This document shows positions 26,843 through 35,563 of a DNA stretch of 64,000 nt, piece after piece. A program made the position numbers and the translations under genes. The number at the start of each line of letters is the position of its first letter. The stretch's first letter is position 1. Source of the stretch: Nannocystis bainbridge (GTDB lineage: Bacteria; Myxococcota_A; Polyangia; Nannocystales; Nannocystaceae); assembly GCF_028368995.1 (NCBI RefSeq), contig NZ_JAQNDL010000001.1, positions 2,656,001 through 2,720,000 on the forward strand. The letters are read 5' to 3'. Under the pieces are notes generated by a model. That model saw only the letters and a list, made by a program, of their open reading frames with translations. It did not search any database and was not told where the DNA came from.

Positions 26843-28363
26843 TCAGCCGGCTTCGACTTCGTCGGTGATCCCGGCCAGCGCGCGGGCCAGCGCCTTTTTG
26901 TCCTCGACCTGCATCTGCCGGGCGATCTGGATCCGCTGGGCCTGCGGCGAGCCGGCCCCGTGCATCGACTCCGTCAAGTAGCCGACGGCGTTGCGCCCCA
27001 TCGTCAGGTTCTCGATCAGCCGCAGCGCCCGCGCCCGCGCCTCGGCTGACACCCCGTCGCGCCCGCGCAGGTATTTTTTCAACAGCGGCCCGATCTCCGG
27101 GTCGGCGAAGTCGTGCTCCGACGGCAGCGTCGCCAGCAGCCCGCCGGCCAGGTCCTGGGCCAGGCGGGCCAGCTCGTAGGGGAAGCGGGTGACGTTGTGC
27201 TTGCACACGTTGGCCAGCAGCGGGTCGTTCTGCCAGTTGCCCGCCGGCGTGGCCGTCGACTCGTGCGACGCCGCGATCCCGGCGCCGTAGATCGTCTCGT
27301 TGAGGTGGGCCATCTCGACCAGCTTGTCGCGCACGTGCGAGACCTGCGGCACCCCGTTGTAGTCGGCGATCAGCGCCGCCGCGCCGATCAGCACGTCGCC
27401 GACCCCCGCCTTGCACACGTAGCTGCGGCGGTGGTACGCGGTGAACCGCTCGACCAGGTCGGCCGCGAACTCGAACTCGCCGTCCATGAAGATCAGCTCG
27501 TCCGGCACGAACACGTCGTCGAGGATGATGAGCGCCTCCTGGCCGCCGTAGCGAGCGTTGCCGACGTCGACCGACCCGCCCTCGAGCGCCCGCGTGTCGC
27601 ACGACTGGCGCCCGACCACGAAGGTCAGCCCCGGGTGGTCGACCGGCAGCGCGCACACGATCGCGTGGTCGCGGTCGCGCGGCCCGAGCCGCATCGTCGG
27701 CATCACCACGATCCAGTGCGAGTTGATGCACCCGGTCTGGTGCGCCTTGGCCCCGCGGATCACCACCCCGCCCGGCTCGCGCCGGACCACCCGCACGAAC
27801 ATGTCGGGGTCGCTCTGCTCGTGCGGCGCCTTGCCGCGGTCGCCCTTGACGTCGGTCATCGCCCCGCCGACCACCAGGTTCTGCCGCTGCATCGCCCGCA
27901 CGAACGCGCGCAGGCGGCTGTGGTAGGGCGTCCCGCGCGCCTGGTCGATGAGCCAGGTGGTGGTGTGCAGCGCGTTGATCGCGTCCATGCCGACGCAGCG
28001 CTGGAAGCACGTGCCCGTCAGCTGGCCGAGCCGGCGCTGCATCTTGTTCTGCTGCACGACGTCGGCCGCCGACTCGGTGACGTGGAGGAAGCGGTTGACC
28101 CGCTCGCCGGTCGCGGCGACGGTCGCCGTCGCCAGCTCGGGCCGCTCGAGCGCGAGGTCGTAGGTACGCGCGACCGCCTCGATCGACGGCCGCAAGATCG
28201 GGTGGTCGACCGGCTCCGCCACCCGCTTGCCGAGCAGGAACACCCGCAGCTCGCGCCCGCGCAGGCTGGCGACGTAGTCGGCGCCGCTGACGATCGGCGG
28301 TCGCGGCGGCAGCCACGGAGGGGACGGCTCGGTCTCGCTGGACGATGCGGCGGCGCCGGACAT
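26843..28363 (-). CDS. abfD: 4-hydroxybutyryl-CoA dehydratase-like protein (HpaB/AbfD flavoprotein family)
   Basis: TCFQRCVGMDA, GAMTDVKGDR, GAKAHQTG, YHRRSYVCKAGVGD, TESMHGAGSPQAQR; Cys/His [4Fe-4S] ligand pattern of AbfD. Confidence 0.85.
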   Translation of the reverse strand: MSGAAASSSETEPSPPWLPPRPPIVSGADYVASLRGRELRVFLLGKRVAEPVDHPILRPSIEAVARTYDLALERPELATATVAATGERVNRFLHVTESAADVVQQNKMQRRLGQLTGTCFQRCVGMDAINALHTTTWLIDQARGTPYHSRLRAFVRAMQRQNLVVGGAMTDVKGDRGKAPHEQSDPDMFVRVVRREPGGVVIRGAKAHQTGCINSHWIVVMPTMRLGPRDRDHAIVCALPVDHPGLTFVVGRQSCDTRALEGGSVDVGNARYGGQEALIILDDVFVPDELIFMDGEFEFAADLVERFTAYHRRSYVCKAGVGDVLIGAAALIADYNGVPQVSHVRDKLVEMAHLNETIYGAGIAASHESTATPAGNWQNDPLLANVCKHNVTRFPYELARLAQDLAGGLLATLPSEHDFADPEIGPLLKKYLRGRDGVSAEARARALRLIENLTMGRNAVGYLTESMHGAGSPQAQRIQIARQMQVEDKKALARALAGITDEVEAG

Positions 28364-28406
28364 GACGGCAGGATAACCCGAGCCGCCCGCCGCCCGCACG
28401 CGGCGC

Positions 28407-29582
28407 CTAGGCCGGGTTCGGCAGCGTCGCCGCTTGCGCCCGTCGCGGCAGGGTGCAGGTGAAGGTCGTGCCGCGCTCGGCGCTCGAGCACACGTCGATC
28501 GTGCCGCCGTGCGCGAGCACGATCTGGCGCGAGATGTGGAGCCCGAGCCCCAGCGAGGCCCGCGTCGGCAGCGACGGGTCGCCGCAGTGGAACGCCTCGA
28601 AGATCGAGCCGCGCCGGTCCGGGGGGATCGGCGGGCCCCAGTTGTGCACCTCGATCACCACCACGTCGCCGTCGACGTCGACTCGCGTGGTCACCCGCAC
28701 CACCGTGCCGGCGGGGCTGAACTTGAGCGCGTTCGTCAGCAGGTTCGAGAGCACCTGGGCGATCCGGTCGGGGTCGACGCGGGCCTCGATCGGGTCTTCG
28801 CAGGCGTACTCGATGATGCGCTCGGGGAACATGGCGGCGACCTCGTCGATGGCCTCGCGCACGAGCACCCGCAGCGACACGACCTGCGGCCTGACGGGGA
28901 TCCGGCCCGACTTGCGCTCGTGGGTGTAGTCGAGCAGATCGTTGATGAGCCGGGTCGCCCGCTGCGCGCCGGTCTGGATCCGCAGCAACAGCCGCTCGGT
29001 CCGCTGCTCGACCGCGCCGCGCCGCGCCGCCGCCTCGGCCGCCAGCAAGATCGCAGCCAGCGGGCTGCGCAGGTCGTGCGAGACGATCGCGATCAACTGC
29101 CGCTCGAATTCGCTGGCGCGCTCGCGCTCGGCGGCGCCGGCCTCCAGGTCGCGCTCGTGCTCGCAGAAGAACTGGTCGACGGCCTCGGCGATGCCGACGG
29201 CGAACGCGGCGCACAGGGCCCGCACGTCGGCGATCCGCAGCGGCAGGCCCGACGCTTCGACGACGTCGAGCAGCACCTCGCGCAGCAGGTCGTACTCGAT
29301 CACCAGCGTGCGCAGGTCGAAGCCCACCCGGTAGCGCTGGCGGCCGTGCTCGCGGGCGATGTCGCTGGCGCCGTCAGGCATCCGGCGCAGCGCCGCGGCC
29401 ACCTCCTGGAGGAACTCGGGCAGGCTGTCGCGCAGCGCCGACTTGCTGAGCCGGGCGCCGGCGGGCGCCGTGGCCCGCATGCGCTCGGACCAGCGCTCGA
29501 TGATGGCGTCGCGCTGGCGCTCCAGCAGCTCGGCGAGCGCATCGGCCTGCGGCGAGAGGGGCGTCATGGTCCCATCGAACAT
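28407..29582 (-). CDS. Cytoplasmic sensor histidine kinase with RsbRD-N-like N-terminal domain
   Basis: AREHGRQRYRVGFDLRTLVIEY; H-box VSHDLRSPL; N-box SNLLTNALKF; G-box SLGLGL. Confidence 0.9.
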   Translation of the reverse strand: MFDGTMTPLSPQADALAELLERQRDAIIERWSERMRATAPAGARLSKSALRDSLPEFLQEVAAALRRMPDGASDIAREHGRQRYRVGFDLRTLVIEYDLLREVLLDVVEASGLPLRIADVRALCAAFAVGIAEAVDQFFCEHERDLEAGAAERERASEFERQLIAIVSHDLRSPLAAILLAAEAAARRGAVEQRTERLLLRIQTGAQRATRLINDLLDYTHERKSGRIPVRPQVVSLRVLVREAIDEVAAMFPERIIEYACEDPIEARVDPDRIAQVLSNLLTNALKFSPAGTVVRVTTRVDVDGDVVVIEVHNWGPPIPPDRRGSIFEAFHCGDPSLPTRASLGLGLHISRQIVLAHGGTIDVCSSAERGTTFTCTLPRRAQAATLPNPA

Positions 29583-29727
29583 AGCCCAGGTCTCTCTCCC
29601 GCGATTCGGACCCGGGCGGCCCCCCGCCCGCCGTGTCACGGAAGCTCGGCCGCACCCGAGGCGCGCCGCCGCCGCCGGGCGCCGCGCTCGCCAGCAGCGC
29701 TGGAGCCCGGGCGCCGTGCTCGCCGCG

Positions 29728-31038
29728 TCAGCGCTGGAACGCGTAGACCGAGCCGAGCGCCAGCAGCTGCGTCAGCGCGTCGAGGGCCGTCTGGACCTCG
29801 CGCAGCAGCTGTGGGTCGGCCAGGTCGTCGGGCGTGAGGCGGTCGCGGTAGTGCTTCTCGACCCAGGCGACCAGCGCCGCCTCGAGCGCGTCGTCGACGA
29901 TCACCCGCCCGCCGAGCGCCGCCTCCTCGCGCTCGTCGAGCGGCACCCGCAGGCGCAGCGACGCCGGGCCGCCGCCGTGGCGCAGCGCCGGCCGCAGGTC
30001 GACCTCGCGGATCTGGGCCACGTGGCCGTCGGCCACCAGGCGATCGAGGTAGCCGCGGGCCGCCGCGTTCTCGCGGCTCTCGGCGGCCACCAGCAGACCG
30101 AGCTGTCCGTCGGGACAGGTGTAGAACTGCCCGCCGAACACGCTGCTGCCGACCGCGTCCTGCAGCGGCAGGTCGGCGGCGCGGGCCAGCGCGACCTGCA
30201 GCGCCGAGCCGAGCCGCCGCCGCAGCTCGGTCAGCACGTTGCCGACGTCGCGCAGCGCCAGCTCGTGGATCAGCAGCAGCGAGCCGTGAGCCAGCGCCAG
30301 CGTGTCCGAGTGCGAGGCGCCACCGTCGAGGCCGTCCGGGTGCTGCTGCGGGAACAGCACCCGCGCCGGGTCGAGCTGCAGCAGCCGCACCTGCGCCTGC
30401 GAGGCCTCGACCGTCTGCCGCGCCGGGAACCGCGAGGCCGCGTGGCGGGCGTACGCACCGCGGCCCCACGCGAACACGTGGACCGCCGGCCGCTCGCCGA
30501 CCTGCAGCCGCAGCGTGTTGGCCGCGCCCTCGTCGCCGAGCTGGTGCACCGCCGGCAGCGCCGCGTGCACGGCGAAGCGCGCCTCGTCGCGGAAGATCGC
30601 CGACAGCACCGAGTGGGTCGTCTCGGCCTCCTGCGCGCGGTGCAGCATGTGCTGCAGGTTGGCGACGACGATGTGCACGCGGCCGTCGCGCGTGTCGCTG
30701 CTCGGCGCCACCGTCGCCGCGTTGGCGGCCCACATCGACGACGGGTTGCTGCACAGGCGCAGCCACATGCCGTCGCCCTCGGCCGCGGCGCGCAGGACCC
30801 GCTCGTCGTCGCCGGTGAAGCCGATCCGGCGCAGCCAGTCGACGTTCGGCCGCGGCTGCGGCGGCAGCACCGCCTGCTTGAGCCCGAGCGAGCGGGCCAG
30901 CCGGATCTTCGCCAGACCGGCGAGCGCCGCCGCTTTCGGGTTGGTGGTCGAGCCGGCGCGCTGACTCGGCGCGACGCCGGCGGCGAGCCCATCGTTGTAG
31001 GTCGGCCCGATCAGCCCGTCGAAGTTGACCTCGCCCAT
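29728..31038 (-). CDS. astB: N-succinylarginine dihydrolase (AstB) homologue with the catalytic Cys replaced by Ser
   Basis: MGEVNFDGLIGPT, SSMWAANAATVAPSSDT.DGRVH..VANL, LGDEGAAN, FPARQT.EAS, HGGGPASLRLRV. Confidence 0.88.
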   Translation of the reverse strand: MGEVNFDGLIGPTYNDGLAAGVAPSQRAGSTTNPKAAALAGLAKIRLARSLGLKQAVLPPQPRPNVDWLRRIGFTGDDERVLRAAAEGDGMWLRLCSNPSSMWAANAATVAPSSDTRDGRVHIVVANLQHMLHRAQEAETTHSVLSAIFRDEARFAVHAALPAVHQLGDEGAANTLRLQVGERPAVHVFAWGRGAYARHAASRFPARQTVEASQAQVRLLQLDPARVLFPQQHPDGLDGGASHSDTLALAHGSLLLIHELALRDVGNVLTELRRRLGSALQVALARAADLPLQDAVGSSVFGGQFYTCPDGQLGLLVAAESRENAAARGYLDRLVADGHVAQIREVDLRPALRHGGGPASLRLRVPLDEREEAALGGRVIVDDALEAALVAWVEKHYRDRLTPDDLADPQLLREVQTALDALTQLLALGSVYAFQR

Positions 31039-31108
31039 GCCCTCGCGGTTTTGGCACCACCCGGGGCCGTGGCGCAAGCGCCGGCGCGCGCGGTATAGTG
31101 GCCGCGCG

Positions 31109-31615
31109 TTGACGCAGCTCGGCAGCATCTTCGAACCCGAGGCGCCCGGACCCCGCGGCCGCGACCTCCACGCCGACGTCACGGTCCCCGCCTGGGCGCT
31201 CGGCCTCCCCTTCCCGTTCGAGGTCCGCGTCCCGCTCGACCTGGCCGCCGAGGGCGGATACGCGCGCCGCACCGTGTCCTCGCTCGACAGCGACGACCGC
31301 GTGCGCCTGTCGCTGCCTGCCGACTTCCCCACCGGCGGGGTCCTGCGCCTGCGCGGCCAGGGCGAGGCGCTCGACGGCGGCCGCCCCGGCGATCTCCTGG
31401 TCCACGTCGAGGTCGACCCGCGCCGCGGCGAACCGCCGCCCGAGGTCAAGCTGGCCCTGGCGGCGATGCCGAGCCCCGCGCCGCCCGCCGCCGCCGACGA
31501 GGCCACCGCCCTCGCCTACCGCCTGCCGGCCCAGAGCCCCGCGCTCGACGCCAACACCCTGACCTGGATGGCCGCCCTGCTGGCCCTGGTCGCCGCGGCG
31601 ATGATGTTCGGCTGA
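31109..31615 (+). CDS. DnaJ C-terminal-like domain protein with C-terminal TM helix
   Basis: RGRDLHADVTV, LRLRGQG...GGRPGDLLVHV; TM WMAALLALVAAAMMFG; TTG start inferred. Confidence 0.7.
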   Translation: MTQLGSIFEPEAPGPRGRDLHADVTVPAWALGLPFPFEVRVPLDLAAEGGYARRTVSSLDSDDRVRLSLPADFPTGGVLRLRGQGEALDGGRPGDLLVHVEVDPRRGEPPPEVKLALAAMPSPAPPAAADEATALAYRLPAQSPALDANTLTWMAALLALVAAAMMFG

Positions 31616-31721
31616 GCCTGGCGGCCAGGACATGTCTTCAGGCGCATGTCCTCGGGGACATGGCGCCGAGGACATTCCCCATGCGACATGTCCCGAGCGA
31701 CCTGTCGCAAGCGACAGATCG
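31614..31721. repeat. Longest 14-bp-period decamer array (8 units) between convergent genes
   Basis: Cores at 31617, 31631, 31645, 31659, 31673, 31687, 31701, 31715. Confidence 0.92.
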
Positions 31722-31732
31722 GCGCCGTCCGC

Positions 31733-32713
31733 TCACGACCCGAAGTAGAAGCCGACGTACAGCCCGAGGTACAGCGTGTGCGACATCGGCCGGCCCTTGG
31801 CCGCCGGCATGAAGCCGATGTAGCCGAGCTCCGGGCCGAGCGAGAAGCCGCCGCCGCGGGTCGGCCGTCGCTTCGCCGCCCCGGGGAAGAACTCGTAGCG
31901 GACCGCGGCGGTGAACACCGCCCCGCCGAAGCCCGAGCGGTCGGTCCGGCCGCGCTCGCGCACCGCCCCGCCGCCGGCGCCGAAACCCGCGCGCAGCGAC
32001 AGCGGGATCTGCTTCTTGGCCCCCGGATAGAACCCGAAATCGACCAGGAACGCGCCCTGCAGCAGGCGCTGCCGCGGGTCGGCGCCGCGGTAGGCGAGGT
32101 TGCCGGAGATCTCGACGCCGATGCTCAGCCAGGGATAGATGACCTCGCCGACGCGAAAAGTACCGCCGCCGCCGACGAACGCATTGGGCGTCGGGAAATC
32201 GTTGACCCGGGCGAAGCTGACGCCCGGCCCGAGCGTGACGCCGACGTAAGTCCCGTCGACCCGCGGCGGCTTGACCCCGGTCGCGCTGGCCATCGGCAGG
32301 GCCTCGGCCGGCGTCTCCACCGTCGCCGCGTCGGCCGGACCCTCGAGCTTGCGCGCCGATCGCGAGCTGTCCTCGGGGTCAGCCTCCGGGTCCGCGCTGT
32401 CCGCCGGAGCGGGCACCACCGGCGCGGAGCCGCCCGCATTCACGGAGGTCGGCGCCGCGGCAGCGCCCGGGCCGCTCGCCGGGCCAGCGGCCGTCGCCGA
32501 GCTGTCCGAAGGGGCAGATCCCTCCGGCGCCGCCGCCGAGCTGTCCGAAGGGCCAGGTGCCGGCGCCGCAGCCGCGGCCGCCTCCGCCGACAGCGCGAGG
32601 ACCACCGCGATCGCCGACGGCCCGAGCCGGCCGGCGCGACGTCCCGGTGCGAGGACGGGAGCGGGCGCGGGTCGCCGGGGCGGCGCGGGGACGAAGGTCA
32701 CGGCGGAGAGCAT
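31733..32713 (-). CDS. Hypothetical exported protein with Pro/Ala/Ser linker and probable C-terminal outer-membrane beta-barrel
   Basis: From ATG 32713; alternating beta-strands GTYVGVTLGPG...WLSIGVEISG...AVRYEFF...LYLGLYVGFYFGS. Confidence 0.7.
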   Translation of the reverse strand: MLSAVTFVPAPPRRPAPAPVLAPGRRAGRLGPSAIAVVLALSAEAAAAAAPAPGPSDSSAAAPEGSAPSDSSATAAGPASGPGAAAAPTSVNAGGSAPVVPAPADSADPEADPEDSSRSARKLEGPADAATVETPAEALPMASATGVKPPRVDGTYVGVTLGPGVSFARVNDFPTPNAFVGGGGTFRVGEVIYPWLSIGVEISGNLAYRGADPRQRLLQGAFLVDFGFYPGAKKQIPLSLRAGFGAGGGAVRERGRTDRSGFGGAVFTAAVRYEFFPGAAKRRPTRGGGFSLGPELGYIGFMPAAKGRPMSHTLYLGLYVGFYFGS

Positions 32714-32791
32714 GGACGAGCCCCTGCGTTTGGAGCAAGCGGGTTGCCACCGCCGGGCCGCACGGCTATCGTCCGCGGCACCTTCGGCGAC

Positions 32792-34384
32792 ATGCAGCGC
32801 AGGCGGCTCATCGAGGGCGTCGGGAGCTTTCTCTGCGGCGTCGTGCTCTCGGCGGCGGTGTACGAGACCGGCTTGCGCCAGCCCGTCGTCGGACCCGCGG
32901 CCCCCGCGGGCGACGCCGATCCGCCCGCCGACCTCGCCCCGCCCGCGGCCGACCCCGAGGCGCCGGCGATCTCTCCGGAAGACGCCCCGGCCGACGCGCC
33001 CGCGATCGCCGCGGACACGCCCGCCACGCCTGGCGATCCCTACACCCCGGACGCCAACGGCAGCTTCACCGCCTACCCGCCGATCCACGTCCCGCTGCCC
33101 GAGTGGACCCCCGAGCTCGCGGCCAAATATCCCAAGCACGGCCTCGTCACCGGCCTCGCCGCCGTCGTGCGCGAGCGGACCGAGCGCGACGCCCCGATCC
33201 TCGGCATCCTGCGCGCCGGCACCCGCGTGCGCACCGACGCCGAGCTGAGCTTCGGCGGCGGCTGCACCAAGGGCTGGCACAAGGTCTACCCCGGCGGGTG
33301 GATCTGCCTCAACGCCGGGCTCGAGGTCGGCGACCAGCCGCCCGACGACGGCACCGTCGCCACCCCGCGCCCGCGCCTCGACGCCGCCATGCCCTACGAG
33401 TACTGGCGCGTCTCGCACGACGGCACCCCGTTCTTCCACCGCCTGCCCGGCTTCAGCGAGCAGGACCAGGCTGACATGGCCGCCAAGACATGGCTCTCGG
33501 AACATGGCCGATCGCTCATGCCGACCGCGACCGCCGACCGTCCGCCCGAGGTCCCGGCGGTGGTCAAGGAGTACCTCAACGCCGGCTTCTACGTCACCGT
33601 CGCCGGCGAGGCCGTCAAGAGCGAGCGCAAGTTCCTCCGCACCCTGCGCGGCACCTTCGCCCGCAAGTACCAGCTCGAGCAGCGCGAGGGCTCGAACTTC
33701 CAGGGCGTGGTGCTGCGCGGCGAGGAGGACCTGCCGGTCCACTGGATCGTGCGCGAGACCCCGCTGCAGCGCCGCTCGGGCGAGGGCGAGGCGCTGATCA
33801 AGCTCGAGGACAAGAAGCCGGTCCGGCGCTCGCGCTACCCGTTCGTGCGCAAGGTGACGATCGGCACCACTCGCTTCTACGAGGACGCCGAGGGCAACCT
33901 GATGCCCGAGTATGCGATCGGCCAGTCGTACAAGCTGAAGCGCCCGCCCGGCGTCGGCCCCGAGGAGAAGTGGGTCCACGTCGACCTGTCCGAGCAGACC
34001 CTCGTGGCCTACGCCGGCGACCGCCCGGTGTTCACCACCATCATCTCGACCGGCAAAGAGCCCGGCATGACCCCGGTCGGCGTCCACCGCCTGCAGAGCA
34101 AGCACATCGCCACCTCGATGCGCGACCAGCCGGTCGAGGACGACGCTTACTCGATCGAGGACGTGCCGTGGACGCAGTACTTCCACAACAACGTCGCCCT
34201 CCACGGCGCCTTCTGGCACGGCGGCTTCGGCCTGGTGCGCAGCCACGGCTGCGTCAACCTGTCCCCGCCCGACGCCCGCTGGCTGTTCGGCTTCACCGAG
34301 CCGGCGCTGCCCGACGGCTGGCACTCGGTCACCCCCGCGACCGGCCCGTTCGGCAAGGGCTCGGCCGTGGTGGTCACCGAGTGA
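32792..34384 (+). CDS. L,D-transpeptidase (YkuD) with SH3-like domain
   Basis: WVHVDLSEQTLVAY, ISTGK..TP.G, VALHGAFWH..FG..RSHGCVNLSP.DA.WLF; ATG 32792. Confidence 0.92.
   Translation: MQRRRLIEGVGSFLCGVVLSAAVYETGLRQPVVGPAAPAGDADPPADLAPPAADPEAPAISPEDAPADAPAIAADTPATPGDPYTPDANGSFTAYPPIHVPLPEWTPELAAKYPKHGLVTGLAAVVRERTERDAPILGILRAGTRVRTDAELSFGGGCTKGWHKVYPGGWICLNAGLEVGDQPPDDGTVATPRPRLDAAMPYEYWRVSHDGTPFFHRLPGFSEQDQADMAAKTWLSEHGRSLMPTATADRPPEVPAVVKEYLNAGFYVTVAGEAVKSERKFLRTLRGTFARKYQLEQREGSNFQGVVLRGEEDLPVHWIVRETPLQRRSGEGEALIKLEDKKPVRRSRYPFVRKVTIGTTRFYEDAEGNLMPEYAIGQSYKLKRPPGVGPEEKWVHVDLSEQTLVAYAGDRPVFTTIISTGKEPGMTPVGVHRLQSKHIATSMRDQPVEDDAYSIEDVPWTQYFHNNVALHGAFWHGGFGLVRSHGCVNLSPPDARWLFGFTEPALPDGWHSVTPATGPFGKGSAVVVTE
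33472..33523. repeat. 14-bp-period decamer array embedded in the L,D-transpeptidase CDS
   Basis: CATG cores at 33475, 33489, 33503, 33517; codons GCT, ACA, GAA, CAT, CGA are atypical for this gene. Confidence 0.8.
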
Positions 34385-34399
34385 TCCGCGCGCGGGTCC

Positions 34400-34663
34400 A
34401 TGTTCGAGAGCGCGTTGCGACTCGAGCTGCAGCAGCGCGCGGCAGCCGGAGCCGGCGTCGCCGAATCGGTCGCGCGGATCTGCGAGAGCTGTGAAGAACA
34501 CGGCGAGGTCGCCGGCCGCTTCTTCGTCGTCCGCACCATGATCGCCGCGTTCGCGCTGCCTATGCGCCTCGCCCACGACATCGCCCCATGTCTCGAGGAC
34601 CGCGCCTCGTCCTGCGATTCGCTGGATGGCGAACTCGCACCGTACCTCCGCCCCTCTCGCTGA
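34400..34663 (+). CDS. Small hypothetical protein
   Basis: 87-aa ORF 15 bp after the transpeptidase stop on the same strand; no recognisable motif. Confidence 0.45.
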   Translation: MFESALRLELQQRAAAGAGVAESVARICESCEEHGEVAGRFFVVRTMIAAFALPMRLAHDIAPCLEDRASSCDSLDGELAPYLRPSR

Positions 34664-34812
34664 GTCCGATGTCGCCGTTCACCCGACCTCGTGCGCACGG
34701 ACGCGTGCGCACGGCGTTCACCTCGCTGCAGTCATGCGGCCTCGCGCGGACATGCGCGCGACGCTCGTGATACACATGGCGCCCACTTCCTGAAGCAGGA
34801 GACGCGAGTTCG

Positions 34813-35448
34813 ATGAAGGTCTACGGACACCCGATGAGTACGTGTACGCGCAAGGTCCTGATGACGCTGGCCGAGAAGGGCCACCGGGCCGAATTCGTCA
34901 TGGTCGACATCATGAAGGGCGAGGGACACGCCGCCGAGCACCTCGCGCGGCAGCCGTTCGGCCAGATCCCCGTGTTCGAGGACGACGACGGCTGGCAGCT
35001 CTACGAGTCGCGGGCCATCTGCCGCTACCTCGACGCCAAGCTCTCGGGCCCCTCCCTGATGCCCGCCGACCTGCGCCAGCGGGCCCAGGCCGAGCAGTGG
35101 ATCTCGATCGAGACCTCCAACTTCACCGGCCCGGCGATGAAGATCATCTACAACCTCGTGTTCGGCAAGTTCTTCGGCAAGGACCCCGACATGGCCGCCG
35201 TCGAGGAGGGTCGCAAGGGCGTGGCCAAGGCCGTCGCGGTCATGGATCGCCAGCTCGAGGGTCGCAACTTCATGGTCGGCGACGGCTTCACGCTCGCCGA
35301 CATCGGCTTCATGCCGTACATCGAGTACCTCGCCGCCGCCGGCGAGATCGGCCTCATCGACGCCAGCGAGCGCGTCGGTCACTGGTGGCGCCGGATCAGC
35401 GAGCGGCCCACCTGGCAGCAGGTCATCGGCCGCTCCAGCGCCGCGTGA
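34813..35448 (+). CDS. Glutathione S-transferase (phi-like)
   Basis: MKVYGHPMSTCTRKV, QPFGQIP, LYESRAICRY, FTLAD; AGGAG RBS. Confidence 0.95.
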   Translation: MKVYGHPMSTCTRKVLMTLAEKGHRAEFVMVDIMKGEGHAAEHLARQPFGQIPVFEDDDGWQLYESRAICRYLDAKLSGPSLMPADLRQRAQAEQWISIETSNFTGPAMKIIYNLVFGKFFGKDPDMAAVEEGRKGVAKAVAVMDRQLEGRNFMVGDGFTLADIGFMPYIEYLAAAGEIGLIDASERVGHWWRRISERPTWQQVIGRSSAA

Positions 35449-35563
35449 TTCACCGGGCGCCTGACCTTTCAGCGCCCGCCACGGCCGCGGCCGGACCTGT
35501 CCCTTCAGACATGTCCGCCGCGGCCGCGCTCGTTTCGCCCCCGTCGCTGCGGTCTCTTCGGAC

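Noticed and set aside
31614-31721. 14-bp arrays and the 34/36-bp repeats as CRISPR arrays
   Set aside because: There are no 25-45-bp unique spacers between conserved repeats and no cas genes.
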